A DNA stretch of 64,000 nucleotides, from IMG/VR virus record IMGVR_UViG_3300011962_000024, positions 18,466-82,465 of that record; one strand, given 5' to 3'. A model generated the notes under the pieces. The model was not told the origin of the DNA and made no database searches. It saw only the letters and a list, made by a program, of their open reading frames with translations. Position numbers and translations under genes: made by a program. Source of the DNA: a virus (taxonomy: Duplodnaviria > Caudoviricetes). Positions 27,277-37,526 of this stretch are shown one piece after another. Each line of letters begins with the position of its first letter. Within the stretch, counting starts at the first letter, position 1.

Positions 27277-28185
27277 TTACGCCGAAATGCGGGTGATGGT
27301 GATCTCGGTGTCGACGGCCTGGTCGTTGAACGCCCGGAAGTCATAGGACTGGATGATCGGGTCGTCGCCGCTGCCTTCTTCGCTGGATGTGGTCAGCTTG
27401 GCCCGGGTCATGCTGACCTGGTAGCTGTTCTCGCCGTCGGTGAGCGTGATGACCAGCGGCGTCTTCGTCTCGCCGAGGTATTTGGCCTTCAGTCGGTCAT
27501 CCTCGATGTAGGCTGACAGACTGCCGGAGACGTTGATGCGACCCAGCTTGATGTCGTAAGCGTCGCGCGAAAACAGGCGATAGATCGCCTCCATGCCGTT
27601 GTCGAGCGACAGGTTCAGCGCGGTCGCGTGGTTGAGACCGGTGCCACCTTCGGTCAGCGAGCCTTCGAAGGTCGTCATCATCACAGTTTCGGTCGGATCG
27701 GCGATCGACTCCTCTACCGCGTCGAAGACATAGGCCTCTTCTTTGGTGCCAATGATCGAGAACGTGACGCCGATCTTGCCCTGTAGCGGGCAGTCGATGG
27801 CAACCGTGCCAACCTCGCAGCCGCGATAGATCAGCCAGCGGCCGATGTCCTCGTTGTGCTTGAGGATGGCGAACTTGCGGCGGATCGAGCCGGTCTTGAG
27901 AACGTTGTCGGTCCAGGTGCCGTGGAAAGCCGCCTCGAGCAGCATGTCGAAGGTCCCAAAAGTCAGTTCCGCTTCCAGGTCTCCGGTCACGCTGGAAACG
28001 CCACTGCGGGACTCGGCCATATGGCGGCCCGGCAGCATCTCGTCCGACTCCAGCTCCTCGACGGATTGGCTCAGGCCGTTGGTAATCAGTCGAAGTGGAA
28101 TCCACGCGACGGCTGGGTCCAGCGTGCCGCCGACGCCCTCGAGCTTGATGTAGGTGTTCTGATTGACGCCTTGTGCATAGGGCAT
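27277..28185 (-). CDS. Major tail tube protein
   Basis: 302 aa after the terminator gene; GDLEAELTFG, GRINVSGSLSAY. Confidence 0.88.
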   Translation of the reverse strand: MPYAQGVNQNTYIKLEGVGGTLDPAVAWIPLRLITNGLSQSVEELESDEMLPGRHMAESRSGVSSVTGDLEAELTFGTFDMLLEAAFHGTWTDNVLKTGSIRRKFAILKHNEDIGRWLIYRGCEVGTVAIDCPLQGKIGVTFSIIGTKEEAYVFDAVEESIADPTETVMMTTFEGSLTEGGTGLNHATALNLSLDNGMEAIYRLFSRDAYDIKLGRINVSGSLSAYIEDDRLKAKYLGETKTPLVITLTDGENSYQVSMTRAKLTTSSEEGSGDDPIIQSYDFRAFNDQAVDTEITITRISA

Positions 28186-28246
28186 TTGCTATCTCCAGAA
28201 ATGCAAAAGCCCGCTCAAGGCGGGCCGCAGTGTTCGTGGTTGTGGG

Positions 28247-28669
28247 TTATGCAGGGAAGGTCCAGGCGGTGCAGTAGACGCTGATGCTGACAGACTGCCA
28301 GACGTCCTCCTGGCGAATCTGCGAGCGCTCGGCGCGCCGTATCAGTACGCCCTGACCTTGGTAGTCGAGGCGCTTGCCAGACTTGAAGAACGTCAGCGCC
28401 TTGTCAGCATCGGCCAGAATCGGGCCGGTTCCGGTCCCTTTCGGGTGGAACAGGTCAACCTGCAGGATGCCTGCCCATTCCTGCGGTGCATCCGCGCCCA
28501 TGGCAGCCGGACCTCTCCCGCTGGGCAGTCCGGTGAGGCGCGCCCAGCTCTGGCCGGTGACCGGGTCGAACTTGACTCCTTCGAACGCCGTGCGCTCCTG
28601 CGGCATGACGCCCGAGGCGAGATAGGCCGATACCAGGGCGGCGTTGATTTTGGTTTCGGACATGGTCAA
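28247..28669 (-). CDS. Tail terminator-like protein (DUF4128-like)
   Basis: GILQVDLFHPKGTG; position. Confidence 0.78.
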   Translation of the reverse strand: MTMSETKINAALVSAYLASGVMPQERTAFEGVKFDPVTGQSWARLTGLPSGRGPAAMGADAPQEWAGILQVDLFHPKGTGTGPILADADKALTFFKSGKRLDYQGQGVLIRRAERSQIRQEDVWQSVSISVYCTAWTFPA

Positions 28670-29061
28670 ACCCTGTTCTTGCGGGCCGCGGCCTCGACCA
28701 TCTTCTGCACGCGGTCCATGTTGCGCTTGACCATGCCCTCAGGCGCTTGAGTTGAACTGCCTTCTTCGAGAGTCATGATGTAGGGCAGGTTGTTCGACAG
28801 ATAGGTCACCTGCCCTGCCCCCTCCGGTGTCTTCGCCTCGACCTCGGCAATAGCCTCGCCGCCGCTCTTGTCCAGGCGCTCCGTCTCGCCTGCAACAGGG
28901 GAGCCCGGGGCCGTTTGCCAGTTCCCACGCGCCCGCCCTGTATCTACTGGCGTGGCCTTGATCACACCGCTGAATAGCTCTAGCGTCGCCACGCGCGTGA
29001 TCTTGTTGTGCGCCTCGGTCGTCTTCGTTGTGAAACGGCGGATGTCGTTGGAGAATCCCAT
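28666..29061 (-). CDS. HK97 gp10-like neck protein
   Basis: TPVDTGRARGNWQ, NNLPY...LEEG.S.QAPEGMV; start trimmed to MGFSN. Confidence 0.82.
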   Translation of the reverse strand: MGFSNDIRRFTTKTTEAHNKITRVATLELFSGVIKATPVDTGRARGNWQTAPGSPVAGETERLDKSGGEAIAEVEAKTPEGAGQVTYLSNNLPYIMTLEEGSSTQAPEGMVKRNMDRVQKMVEAAARKNRV

Positions 29062-29477
29062 TAGCGCCTCACTTGCAGCTCGTAGGCCAGCACATCGCCG
29101 GTTGGATTGATGGTTTGGATGCTGATGATCTTCCAGGTCTGCCCAGATGCAGTGACAGTGGTTTCGGGCGACGGCGGCCATTCCAGAGGCTGCAGGATCT
29201 CCGCGTCATCGACACGCTGTAGCATCGGCAGGAACAGCTTCTTGTCGTCTCGAAGGATCTGCGTGCCGTCGGCGTATTGCTGGCCGGATGACTGCAGGTT
29301 GTAGTTGTCGAGGATGGCCCGGGCCTGCTGGGTCTTGGTTTCACCCGGCGTGGCTACCCCAGTTACAGGGTCATAGCCGCCAGCGGTAACGATTTGCAGC
29401 GTAACTAGCTCGCCGATCTCAGCCACCACCGCGGCCGCCTCAGCCATGCCGTCGAGGATTTCAGCGCGAAGGCTCAT
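29061..29477 (-). CDS. Head closure/head-tail joining protein
   Basis: GYDPVTG, position in the neck module. Confidence 0.72.
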   Translation of the reverse strand: MSLRAEILDGMAEAAAVVAEIGELVTLQIVTAGGYDPVTGVATPGETKTQQARAILDNYNLQSSGQQYADGTQILRDDKKLFLPMLQRVDDAEILQPLEWPPSPETTVTASGQTWKIISIQTINPTGDVLAYELQVRR

Positions 29478-29478
29478 G

Positions 29479-29853
29479 TCAGACCCTTTTGAGCATCATG
29501 ATGCCGGACCGACGGGTCCAGGGCGCCAGCAGCGCCAGGGCGAACGACTCGCCGGCAGTGGTCTGCTTGGAACCCTTGGCGAAGGTCTTGGCCGTGGTGA
29601 CCGGGCCGGCGGTTACGCTGGTGCTGACCACCTCCCGATCTTCTGCAGCGAAGATTCGCCCCGCTGCAGCCTCCTTTGCGATCTGCGCCCCGGCCAGCTT
29701 TATCTCGCTGGGCACCGGCTCGGGCACAGGTCGCGTTATCTTGGCCGTCAACCAGGCGTTGGCCATCGTGACGGCAAGGACTGCATCACCGGTACCGGCC
29801 CAGCCAGGACCAAGCAGGGCATCAACATCGGCAACGGTGATGAAGTCGGTCAT
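29479..29853 (-). CDS. Head-tail adaptor protein
   Basis: FITVADVDALLG, EIKLAGAQIAKEAAAG; position. Confidence 0.72.
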   Translation of the reverse strand: MTDFITVADVDALLGPGWAGTGDAVLAVTMANAWLTAKITRPVPEPVPSEIKLAGAQIAKEAAAGRIFAAEDREVVSTSVTAGPVTTAKTFAKGSKQTTAGESFALALLAPWTRRSGIMMLKRV

Positions 29854-29856
29854 TGA

Positions 29857-30204
29857 TCAGTCCTCGGTGGTTTCCGGATCGGCCGCGCCGCCGGCGTTCG
29901 GCTCAGTTGCCGGGATCAGCTTCTGCAGGTCGGCCTTCTTCGCGCTGGCGTCGAATTCGATGCCCTGCTTGGTGAGCCATTCCTTCAGATCGGGCACGCC
30001 CATCTTGTGCGGATCGGTTTCGCCGCTGGACTCTGGCTTGGCCTTGCCGCCGACCTTGATTCCCGCTGCCTCGTAGGCCTCGGCCACGCCGGGAAACTTC
30101 CCGTCGACGACCACCTCCTTTGCGCTGCTGATGACGCCGAGGAAGGCGGTGCGGTAGCAAACATCGCGGTCCTTGCCGGGCTTATCGGTGTAAATGACTT
30201 TCAT
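29857..30204 (-). CDS. Small capsid-adjacent protein with HeH/LEM-like motif
   Basis: MGVPDLKEWLTKQGIEFDASAKKADLQKL; start trimmed to MKVIY. Confidence 0.7.
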   Translation of the reverse strand: MKVIYTDKPGKDRDVCYRTAFLGVISSAKEVVVDGKFPGVAEAYEAAGIKVGGKAKPESSGETDPHKMGVPDLKEWLTKQGIEFDASAKKADLQKLIPATEPNAGGAADPETTED

Positions 30205-30251
30205 GATTGTCTCCGCTGAGGAATGGGCGCCGGTGAAGGCGCCCTGGCTGG

Positions 30252-31232
30252 TTAGCCGCCGGCGGCGGTTCCGCTGATGACAGCTGCGAACGGCACCTGC
30301 TTGCGGTCGAATACCCGCTGCCAGTTGGCCGCGTTGGCGTACTGCGCAGCGGTCGGCGATGCGTTCTGCGCGGTGGCGCCCTTCCAGCTGAAGCCCGCCG
30401 GCTGCAGGATGTAGGTCTTGCGCTCCCACAGCACCTCGGCGCCGCCGCCATTACCACCGGACGGCTTGCGTTCCAGTTCCACCGGGTTGGTCGGCGAGCC
30501 CTCGCCATAGCCGAACGCGCCGGAGCCGAAGAACACCGACAGGTACTGGCCCTCGGCGTACACCATGCCGTCATCCATGAACACCGGCTTGCCCAAGTAG
30601 GTGGCGAGGATGATGCGGCCATCGCTGTCGCGGATGTACTCGATCATGTCGGCCTTGACCATCTGGTTCATGACGACCGAGTGCACACCGATCGCGCTGA
30701 ACTGGTCGGCCGCGTCACCGGCGGTGAACGCAGCGTCCTGAAACGCGGTGGCCGCAATGGATGCGCCGGCGTCGATCACCATGTCGCCGCCATTGTTGGC
30801 GATGTTGGACGCGATGATGCCGCGCGCTGCGCCCAGCAGGTAGCGCTGCCACTGACGGGTCCAGTAGGTGCCGAAGCGGTTGCGGATGTGCTGCATCGGC
30901 TCGGTGTTGGCCAGCTCAGCGGTGAGGTCAGCGACGCCGTAGCCCTTGTTCAGGTACAGGACGCGGGCATTCATGCTCGCCTGGCTGGCTTTGCCGACTT
31001 CGCCCAGGTCGTCCGGGTCATCGTTGGAGATGTTCGGCGCCTCGTCGGCGTCCAGGTCCTGCCAGTAGGCGATTTCGGCGGTGCCCTGGCTGCCGCTGGC
31101 GATGCCATCCAGCACCGGCGAACGGGTGACGATGCCGGAGTCGTAGACGGCGGTTTTTTCCGGGCTGTTTACCGGATCCAGTGTTGCGTAGTACTCGCCG
31201 ACGAAGATGTCGGTCAGTTGAGTGGTGGCCAT
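30252..31232 (-). CDS. Major capsid protein
   Basis: 326 aa after the scaffold; MATTQLTDIF, IGVHSVVMNQM, TYLGKPVFMDD. Confidence 0.88.
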   Translation of the reverse strand: MATTQLTDIFVGEYYATLDPVNSPEKTAVYDSGIVTRSPVLDGIASGSQGTAEIAYWQDLDADEAPNISNDDPDDLGEVGKASQASMNARVLYLNKGYGVADLTAELANTEPMQHIRNRFGTYWTRQWQRYLLGAARGIIASNIANNGGDMVIDAGASIAATAFQDAAFTAGDAADQFSAIGVHSVVMNQMVKADMIEYIRDSDGRIILATYLGKPVFMDDGMVYAEGQYLSVFFGSGAFGYGEGSPTNPVELERKPSGGNGGGAEVLWERKTYILQPAGFSWKGATAQNASPTAAQYANAANWQRVFDRKQVPFAAVISGTAAGG

Positions 31233-31235
31233 GAG

Positions 31236-32006
31236 TTATTGCCCTCGGGTTGCCATGAGTTTTTTGAATTCCTCGGGCTTCTCTCGGGCCAAGCGCGCAC
31301 GCTCGACTTCGTTGAGATCGCCCCATTTTTTGGCAGCCTTGCCACCGTTGTCGCCGGTAGGTCCGGCACCCTGAGCCCTTGGCCAGAGGTGTGATGCGGT
31401 TTCCCGCAGCGATTCCGCCCATTCGAGCGGACTGAGCGGGGTCTTGCCGTCTTTGCCGTAGATGACCTGGCCATCTGCGTCGACAGCTACTGCCTCGCCG
31501 TTTTCGTTGAGTGTGAAGGTGCCCTTGGCGCGCAGGATGATGTCCTCGGATGCCTCGGGCAGCGCGCCGGCTTTGAGCGCGGCGCCGCGGATGGAATCAG
31601 CCAGCACCTTGTCGCTGAAGCGCTTGGCGAAGGACTCGGCCTTGTCGGCCCGCTCCTTCTCGGCCTGCAGCTGCCTGTCCAGATCGGCGCGCAGGCGCTC
31701 GGTGCGCTTGCTGATCACCTCGTCGAGCTTGCCCTCGGCCAGCAGGCGGGTTTCCTCGTCCTGGCTGGCCTTCTGGAGCAGCGACTTGACCGCGCCAATG
31801 TCCAGGCCTTCGAACTGGCCCTTGAACTGGTCCAGATCGGTTTTCAGGGTCTTGTTGGCACCCAGCAGCTCTTGGTTCTTGCTCTTGAGGCCAGCGACCT
31901 CGGTGTCCAGGTACTGCTGCACCTTCCCGCCCAGCGCCTCCTTGAGGGCTTTGGCTTGGGTTTCATCGAGCTGCAGGCCGAGTTCGGCAGGGTCAAAGTC
32001 AAACAT
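31236..32006 (-). CDS. Capsid scaffolding protein
   Basis: GLKSKNQELL coiled coil, HLWPRAQGAG. Confidence 0.82.
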   Translation of the reverse strand: MFDFDPAELGLQLDETQAKALKEALGGKVQQYLDTEVAGLKSKNQELLGANKTLKTDLDQFKGQFEGLDIGAVKSLLQKASQDEETRLLAEGKLDEVISKRTERLRADLDRQLQAEKERADKAESFAKRFSDKVLADSIRGAALKAGALPEASEDIILRAKGTFTLNENGEAVAVDADGQVIYGKDGKTPLSPLEWAESLRETASHLWPRAQGAGPTGDNGGKAAKKWGDLNEVERARLAREKPEEFKKLMATRGQ

Positions 32007-32067
32007 TGGTGGTTCCCCTCGGGATTGGAGCGGCCTGGCCGCGCTGTGGCCGGATGGCCAGAAATGA

Positions 32068-32128
32068 AAAAGCCCCGACCGAAGTCAGGGCTCTAGAAAT
32101 GGAAAACCCGGCGCTGGGCCGGGTCTTT
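32068..32128 (-). terminator. Two tandem hairpin-T tracts upstream of the scaffold gene
   Basis: CCCGGCCCAGCGCCGGGTTTT and GCCCTGACTTCGGTCGGGGCTTTTT on the minus strand. Confidence 0.65.
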
Positions 32129-32130
32129 GG

Positions 32131-32331
32131 TTATCTGGTTTTGATGATCAGCGGAATGGGATTGCCCATCACCTGGATGAATGCCTCATCCTCGTGCAGT
32201 TCTGGCTCGCAAACAGGGCCTCCAAGTGGCTTCCCGGCCAGATCGCGCGCCTGGGTCTTATACGCAACAGGCCTGCGGATTACGTCGCCGCCAGGCATAC
32301 GCACAAGCATGGTTTCTTCGCCTTCACTCAT
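32131..32331 (-). CDS. Hypothetical protein
   Basis: 66 aa, coupled to the upstream ORF. Confidence 0.55.
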   Translation of the reverse strand: MSEGEETMLVRMPGGDVIRRPVAYKTQARDLAGKPLGGPVCEPELHEDEAFIQVMGNPIPLIIKTR

Positions 32332-32576
32332 GCCATCACCACTCTTTCACCCCTCATGAAGCAATGCCCACACAGATACTGCTTCGTCCCGCCCTGCGGC
32401 TTGCCATTCTTGTAGATCATGCCGACCTTCGTCTCGATGATCTCCCCGCCGCCGCACCGGTGACAGCGGAACGGATGCGCGGCGGCAGGATTGGCCTTGC
32501 GCGCCTGCTTGAGCTTGGCGGTGTTCGTCTGCTCCTGGGAGCCTTCGATCACATGGAATGGGTGCTTGGTAGTCAT
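32328..32576 (-). CDS. Small zinc-finger protein
   Basis: CHRC...CGHC. Confidence 0.68.
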   Translation of the reverse strand: MTTKHPFHVIEGSQEQTNTAKLKQARKANPAAAHPFRCHRCGGGEIIETKVGMIYKNGKPQGGTKQYLCGHCFMRGERVVMA

Positions 32577-32583
32577 GACGCCA

Positions 32584-33669
32584 TCATAGCCCCGCTTTCT
32601 CGAAAGCGTCAGCGTCTCGCCTCCTCAATTCGTCGAGCGTGTAGACCTTGCCGCGCGAATCGGTGAAGCGGTCCACCGTCAGCCCACCGTTGCGGAACAG
32701 CTTGCCGCGCTCCGCTCCAAGCACCTCGTCCTGGAACGCCGCCGGCTTGCTCTTCAGCCATTGGCCATAGCTGATGTCAGCCGCCAGCTGGCCGTCCATG
32801 CTCGCCTGCGTGCCCGGGTCGATCTCGGACTTACTTAGGCCAAGCGCTTCCCAGGCCGAGGCCAGCACCGGAACCGACGTGCTTCTGCAGCCCCAATGCC
32901 GCGGCGGCTGAGGCCCGGTACCGATCTTGAACTTCTTACCCGAGAGCGATGCGCAGGTGAGCGTGGTTCGCCCGTCCAGAGTGGCCAGAAACTGCCATTC
33001 TTGGATCAGGTCCGCGTTCGCCTCGAATGTGGCCTGGCGCGCGTAGTTGGCCGTGTGGTTCACCGCCGTACGCACCAGAGCCTCGGCGCCGCGCCGGTCG
33101 ATCGCCAGCAGGCCGTCGGCGTACTTAAGCGCCCTGGTGCCGCGTAGCCGGCGAACCATTTGACCGATCGTTTCGCCCTCGACGAAGCCCATCCGGATTG
33201 CATCGCGGATTCGCTCAGCTCGCGCCGCCTCGATGTCCTTCAGCGCCTCCCGTAGCAGCTTGCCCTGGAATGGCCTGGCCATTGCCGCGGCGTGTACCTG
33301 CGAAGCGGACACCGCACTGACAGTCAGTTGCTCAGCAACCGCCGCCGGCAGAACCGCCTGGATGGCCCGGTGCTGATAGCTCGCCTCATACCCGGCCAGT
33401 TCCAGCAGGGCCTGGTCCAGCTCTTCGCCGGCCGCGCGGTACGCCTGGGCATTGAGCTGCTGGACCTGCACCAGCATCTGGTCCAGCCGCTGCACAGTAA
33501 ACGACTCGGGCGGCAGGCGCTCCAGCGCTTCGGTCAGCCTGGCGAACAGGTCATTGTCCACTCGGTTGAGCAGCGCTATGAAGCGCCGCACCACCCCGCC
33601 GCCGTACCGTTGCAGGTATATCTGGTGGCCGATGGCGAGGTCGGCCAGCTTTTCGTTGGCCGTTGGCAT
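32584..33669 (-). CDS. Minor head protein (SPP1 gp7/MuF family)
   Basis: AEALVRTAVNH, ATLDGRTTLTC, PPRHWGCRS; no C-terminal toxin extension. Confidence 0.9.
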   Translation of the reverse strand: MPTANEKLADLAIGHQIYLQRYGGGVVRRFIALLNRVDNDLFARLTEALERLPPESFTVQRLDQMLVQVQQLNAQAYRAAGEELDQALLELAGYEASYQHRAIQAVLPAAVAEQLTVSAVSASQVHAAAMARPFQGKLLREALKDIEAARAERIRDAIRMGFVEGETIGQMVRRLRGTRALKYADGLLAIDRRGAEALVRTAVNHTANYARQATFEANADLIQEWQFLATLDGRTTLTCASLSGKKFKIGTGPQPPRHWGCRSTSVPVLASAWEALGLSKSEIDPGTQASMDGQLAADISYGQWLKSKPAAFQDEVLGAERGKLFRNGGLTVDRFTDSRGKVYTLDELRRRDADAFEKAGL

Positions 33670-35040
33670 TTACATCCCCCCAAGGTCCGGGCCCTGCTCC
33701 TGAATCAGCCCTAGCTCGGTCTGCCAATCGCGCTCGGGCAGCTTTCCGGTCGTGAGGTAGAGCCAGAACGAGTCATGGCTGACGATGCCGGCCTGCGCCG
33801 CAGTCAGCAGCTGGGCGGCGAGCTGAGGATCAACGCCCACCGACGTAAAGTCCGGCTTGACGGTGAATGACACTTCTTTTTCATCGAAGCCAAGCCAGTC
33901 GGCGATGTAGCGCAGGCCCTGCTCGAGCCCTTCGGCCGCGGTGATAACCATACTGTGCAGCGTGGCGTGCTGGTCGTTCTGCCGGGCCTTGCGTGCCTCT
34001 CCCGACTCGGTGCCGCCGATATCCATGACCTTGGCACCGGCCTCGAGCGCTGCATTGCGCTGATCATCCATCGCCTGGCGGACGGCCTCGATGCCGGCGC
34101 CCTGAAATTCCAGATAGCCGCATGAACCATTCGGGCCAAGATCCCAGGCAGCGGACGGGCCGGTGACCGAAAGGTCAACGTTTTCATCCAGCCCTGAGAC
34201 CCACGGCTGCGGGTGGCTGGTTTGGTGCAACGCGGTGAAATAGTCAGCGCTCAGCTGGTAGGACTTGAGTGCTGCCCGCGCCATGCTCAGCAGTGGCACT
34301 TCATCCACGTCCGGGCCGTTGTCGGTCGAGCCGCAATAGACGACCGGGATGTACTCAAGCCCCTTGACCAGGCGCTGATCTGCGCCGGTGGTGCCCAGCG
34401 CCGTCTCGCCGTCCACTACCTCGCCCGCATCGTTCCAGACCGAGCTGTAGCAGACCCCGTCGCGCATCGCGAAGACGCGGTACACCGGCTCGCATTCATG
34501 GCTGAACTCGTCGTTGCCCGCCTTCTCCCGAAACTCGCGGAACACAGCGAGCACCAAGTCCTGGCGGCCGCTCTGGCTGGCTGTTTTCCAGTTGATCGCG
34601 TTGACTGCGGCATAGGTCGAGAAGTACGGCAGGCCGTTGTCGTCGATGTTGGCCACCAGCGGGATGCGGCCATGCGAAATGATCTGCCGCACCAGGCGGA
34701 AAAACAGCTGCTTGAGGCCGAAGCCGTCAGCGGTGGCGTTGTCCAGCAGCCCTTTCATGCCCGCCGGCAGCTCGATTTCGGGCTGCAGACGCGTTACCAG
34801 GCCCATCATCGAGCGCAGGCTATCGCGCACCCAGTGTTCGTACTGAGCCCGGTCCCGGTAGTTGTCGTACAGATAGCGGTTGCCGGCGGCGTCCTGCTTC
34901 TCGGCTTCGACCATGCCGCTCGGCTTGGGCAGGTTGGCGGTGTTGGCCTTGACGGCCTCCTCGCCTTCCAGCGCGGCGTCCATTAGCTGCCACTCGGGCA
35001 GGTGCCGGTCGTAGTCGGGGTTGGTGGATTGAACCGGCAT
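33670..35040 (-). CDS. Portal protein (DUF4055-like)
   Basis: Between terL and MuF; VPLLSMARAALKSYQLSADY; start trimmed to MPVQS. Confidence 0.88.
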   Translation of the reverse strand: MPVQSTNPDYDRHLPEWQLMDAALEGEEAVKANTANLPKPSGMVEAEKQDAAGNRYLYDNYRDRAQYEHWVRDSLRSMMGLVTRLQPEIELPAGMKGLLDNATADGFGLKQLFFRLVRQIISHGRIPLVANIDDNGLPYFSTYAAVNAINWKTASQSGRQDLVLAVFREFREKAGNDEFSHECEPVYRVFAMRDGVCYSSVWNDAGEVVDGETALGTTGADQRLVKGLEYIPVVYCGSTDNGPDVDEVPLLSMARAALKSYQLSADYFTALHQTSHPQPWVSGLDENVDLSVTGPSAAWDLGPNGSCGYLEFQGAGIEAVRQAMDDQRNAALEAGAKVMDIGGTESGEARKARQNDQHATLHSMVITAAEGLEQGLRYIADWLGFDEKEVSFTVKPDFTSVGVDPQLAAQLLTAAQAGIVSHDSFWLYLTTGKLPERDWQTELGLIQEQGPDLGGM

Positions 35041-36341
35041 TATGAGAGTCCTCGGATACGGCGGGTGCCGGCAGTGCGTTTGATGATCGGGAATTCTTTG
35101 TGGATGAAGTAGCCGCCCGCATCCGGCCGGTGGTCGTTGCCCTGGCTCTTGTCCGGCTCCCCATTCGAGCCCCACACCTGCTGCTCTAGGTCGTCGGCAT
35201 AGGTCGGGCAGCGGTCGGCGTTCACGCGATACCGCCGCTCACCTGCTGCGTTGCAGAACATGGCGTTCATGGAGTTGATGCGATCCTTCACAGGCGGGTT
35301 TGCCGACGGCGCCGACACGATGAAACCTGCTTGCTTCAGCAGCGCGATGTCGGTCTCGCTGGCGTTCACCGACTTCCTGGAATCACCAGAGGCGTCCGGG
35401 TAAACCCTGATTTCGCGGGTCTTGCTGTACTCTCCATCGGCATACAGCCAAAACCGCTCCTTGAGCTGGCGAATCATGTCGGGGGTGTCGTACGCGTCGA
35501 TCACCTCATCCACCGCGTGGGGCATACCCAGGCGTTTGACGTGGACGATTGCTGCCATGTGCCCGACGTTGAAGTCCATCCCCACGAATATTGGCTCACC
35601 AGGCTCCACCACCTCACTGCTACCGTTGAGCTTGCGGTCGTAGGCTGTGTAGATCGACCCGGACGTCAAATTCACGAACTGGCCGTTCAGATAGGCCATG
35701 ATCAGCTGTTCGGGGTATGAATCCATCAGGGACGGGATGTAGTCGTCTGGCAGATTCAACTCATTGTCGAAGGTGCTCGCCTGGACCAGGCCGTACATCC
35801 CATTGAGCGCTGGCTTCTCGCGCAGCTGCTTCACAAACTGCTGATGTACGAACTTGAAGCCCTCTGGCGTCGTGGTGACGTCTACGCCGTTTTTGAGGCC
35901 GTCCACCTTGTACCGCATCCGGGCGATGATCTTGCGCCAGGCCTGCTGAGCTTTCGCTGCCGGCAGAACATCCAGCTCATCGACAAGGGCATGCCCGATC
36001 TTGAAGCCAACAATGGTCTGCGGCTTCTCCATGGAGCGGCAGATGGTTGTGCTGCGATATTGACCGCCGCTGTAGAACTCGACCTCCTTATCGCTTTCCT
36101 TGGTCTTGACCCGAAGGCCCCAGTCGAAAGCCACCTCTTCAATGGTCGGGAAGAAGATGTCGCGGATCTGCGGATAGGTCGGCGCAAAGTAGCCGGAATT
36201 GATGCGAGGCCATTCCCACACGTGCTTGCAGATTCCAGCGCACCCTACCCAGGTCTTGCCGCTGCCGAAGCCAGCGACGAACCCGCGGAATTTGTGTTGC
36301 ATCTGGAGGAAGCGCGCCTGCGGGACGTTAAGCGTCGGCAT
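35040..36341 (-). CDS. terL: Terminase large subunit
   Basis: Walker A AGFGSGKT, Walker B ALVDE, nuclease GMDFNV, DHRPDAGGY. Confidence 0.93.
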   Translation of the reverse strand: MPTLNVPQARFLQMQHKFRGFVAGFGSGKTWVGCAGICKHVWEWPRINSGYFAPTYPQIRDIFFPTIEEVAFDWGLRVKTKESDKEVEFYSGGQYRSTTICRSMEKPQTIVGFKIGHALVDELDVLPAAKAQQAWRKIIARMRYKVDGLKNGVDVTTTPEGFKFVHQQFVKQLREKPALNGMYGLVQASTFDNELNLPDDYIPSLMDSYPEQLIMAYLNGQFVNLTSGSIYTAYDRKLNGSSEVVEPGEPIFVGMDFNVGHMAAIVHVKRLGMPHAVDEVIDAYDTPDMIRQLKERFWLYADGEYSKTREIRVYPDASGDSRKSVNASETDIALLKQAGFIVSAPSANPPVKDRINSMNAMFCNAAGERRYRVNADRCPTYADDLEQQVWGSNGEPDKSQGNDHRPDAGGYFIHKEFPIIKRTAGTRRIRGLS

Positions 36342-36807
36342 CAGACTTTCTCGCATCCACAACGGTCACGGTCACGCTCGAAGGCGCAACATCGCCAGGC
36401 CCCGCCTCAACCTTAGGCTGGCGATTCACATAGACGTCCCCGCACTCCTTCGCCGCCTGCTCCAGCAGCTGAGCCGTCAGCGCCATGTTCTTCATGTTCT
36501 CGGCCTTCTCGGCCATTCGCCCCAGAGCTCGCAGTCGGTATGCGCGATTGGCGATCGGAATCTCGGCAGTTTCTTCGCGGAAGCGCTTGCGGGTGTCATG
36601 GAAGAGGTCGGCCCACTTCTTGGCCAGCCTCTGCCCGGCGTACTTGCTAGGGTCGTGCGACTCGACCTGCTGCCGCGTAATCGTGATGCCGAACTCGGTC
36701 TTGACCGCTTCAGCTACCTGCGATGGCGTGTCGAAACAGGCCAGCGCCTGAACGATGTACGCTTTGACCTCGCTTCGAAGCACTGCCATAGAGATGCCAT
36801 CCGTCAA
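36328..36807 (-). CDS. terS: Terminase small subunit (DUF2280-like)
   Basis: IVQALACFDTPSQVAEAVKTEFG, IPIANRAYRL. Confidence 0.85.
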   Translation of the reverse strand: MTDGISMAVLRSEVKAYIVQALACFDTPSQVAEAVKTEFGITITRQQVESHDPSKYAGQRLAKKWADLFHDTRKRFREETAEIPIANRAYRLRALGRMAEKAENMKNMALTAQLLEQAAKECGDVYVNRQPKVEAGPGDVAPSSVTVTVVDARKSDADA

Positions 36808-36821
36808 ATCCTGTCACTGAA

Positions 36822-37451
36822 TCAGGCCGACTTGAGCAGACAGGTTCCGCAGGCCCTCGAAATGTTGATCCTTGCCACCTCGGGCGGCTGGTTTGCTGCG
36901 TCGATCAGCTCTTGCACGCCTTGGCTTGCCCCATACCGGCGAACCACGCCGACAAATTCCTCGACGTCATGGCCGCGCACCTCCAGCTTCGGGAGGCCTT
37001 CTTGGGTGAACTTGGGTGCGCCGAAGGCATCCTTCGCCTGGGCTATGTGATACAGCTCGTGTTCGACAAGAGCGCAGAATTCCGCGTCGCTGCATTGCGA
37101 GCAGTAGTCCGCCGCCAGGGTGATGAGGTACGCCGGCACTCGCCCGAACCAGTTCATCATCTGCTGCTCTTGCCGGGCCTTCTGCCATCCACCGGCGCGG
37201 AACATGACCTGCTCGGCCTGGCCTATGACTACGCGCCCCTTCTTGGCAAAGGAAGCCGATGCCCATAGGACGCCAATGTCGGCGTCGATCAGATGCGCAT
37301 GGTCAGGGTTATGGATGCTGCCGGTGTCGGCGAGTATCTGATCGCTGATCCACCCCCACACCTCGGGCGCTGGACGCAGGATGATTCCGAACTCGCCCAC
37401 CTCAACCAGATCAGCGTGTGGCATGGGCCGGATGGTCATGTGCCACCTCAA
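36822..37451 (-). CDS. Putative phage metallopeptidase
   Basis: LVEHELYH and HDVEEFVGVVRRYG. Confidence 0.8.
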   Translation of the reverse strand: MRWHMTIRPMPHADLVEVGEFGIILRPAPEVWGWISDQILADTGSIHNPDHAHLIDADIGVLWASASFAKKGRVVIGQAEQVMFRAGGWQKARQEQQMMNWFGRVPAYLITLAADYCSQCSDAEFCALVEHELYHIAQAKDAFGAPKFTQEGLPKLEVRGHDVEEFVGVVRRYGASQGVQELIDAANQPPEVARINISRACGTCLLKSA

Positions 37452-37526
37452 ATGTCAACGTAACCCTTGAAACGCAGGCAACAAAAAAGCCCGCTTGGAT
37501 AGCGGGCCAATCAGCAAAGAGACGGT

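Noticed and set aside
32584-33669. MuF polymorphic toxin
   Set aside because: The protein ends with the MuF domain; no toxin extension or clear immunity gene.
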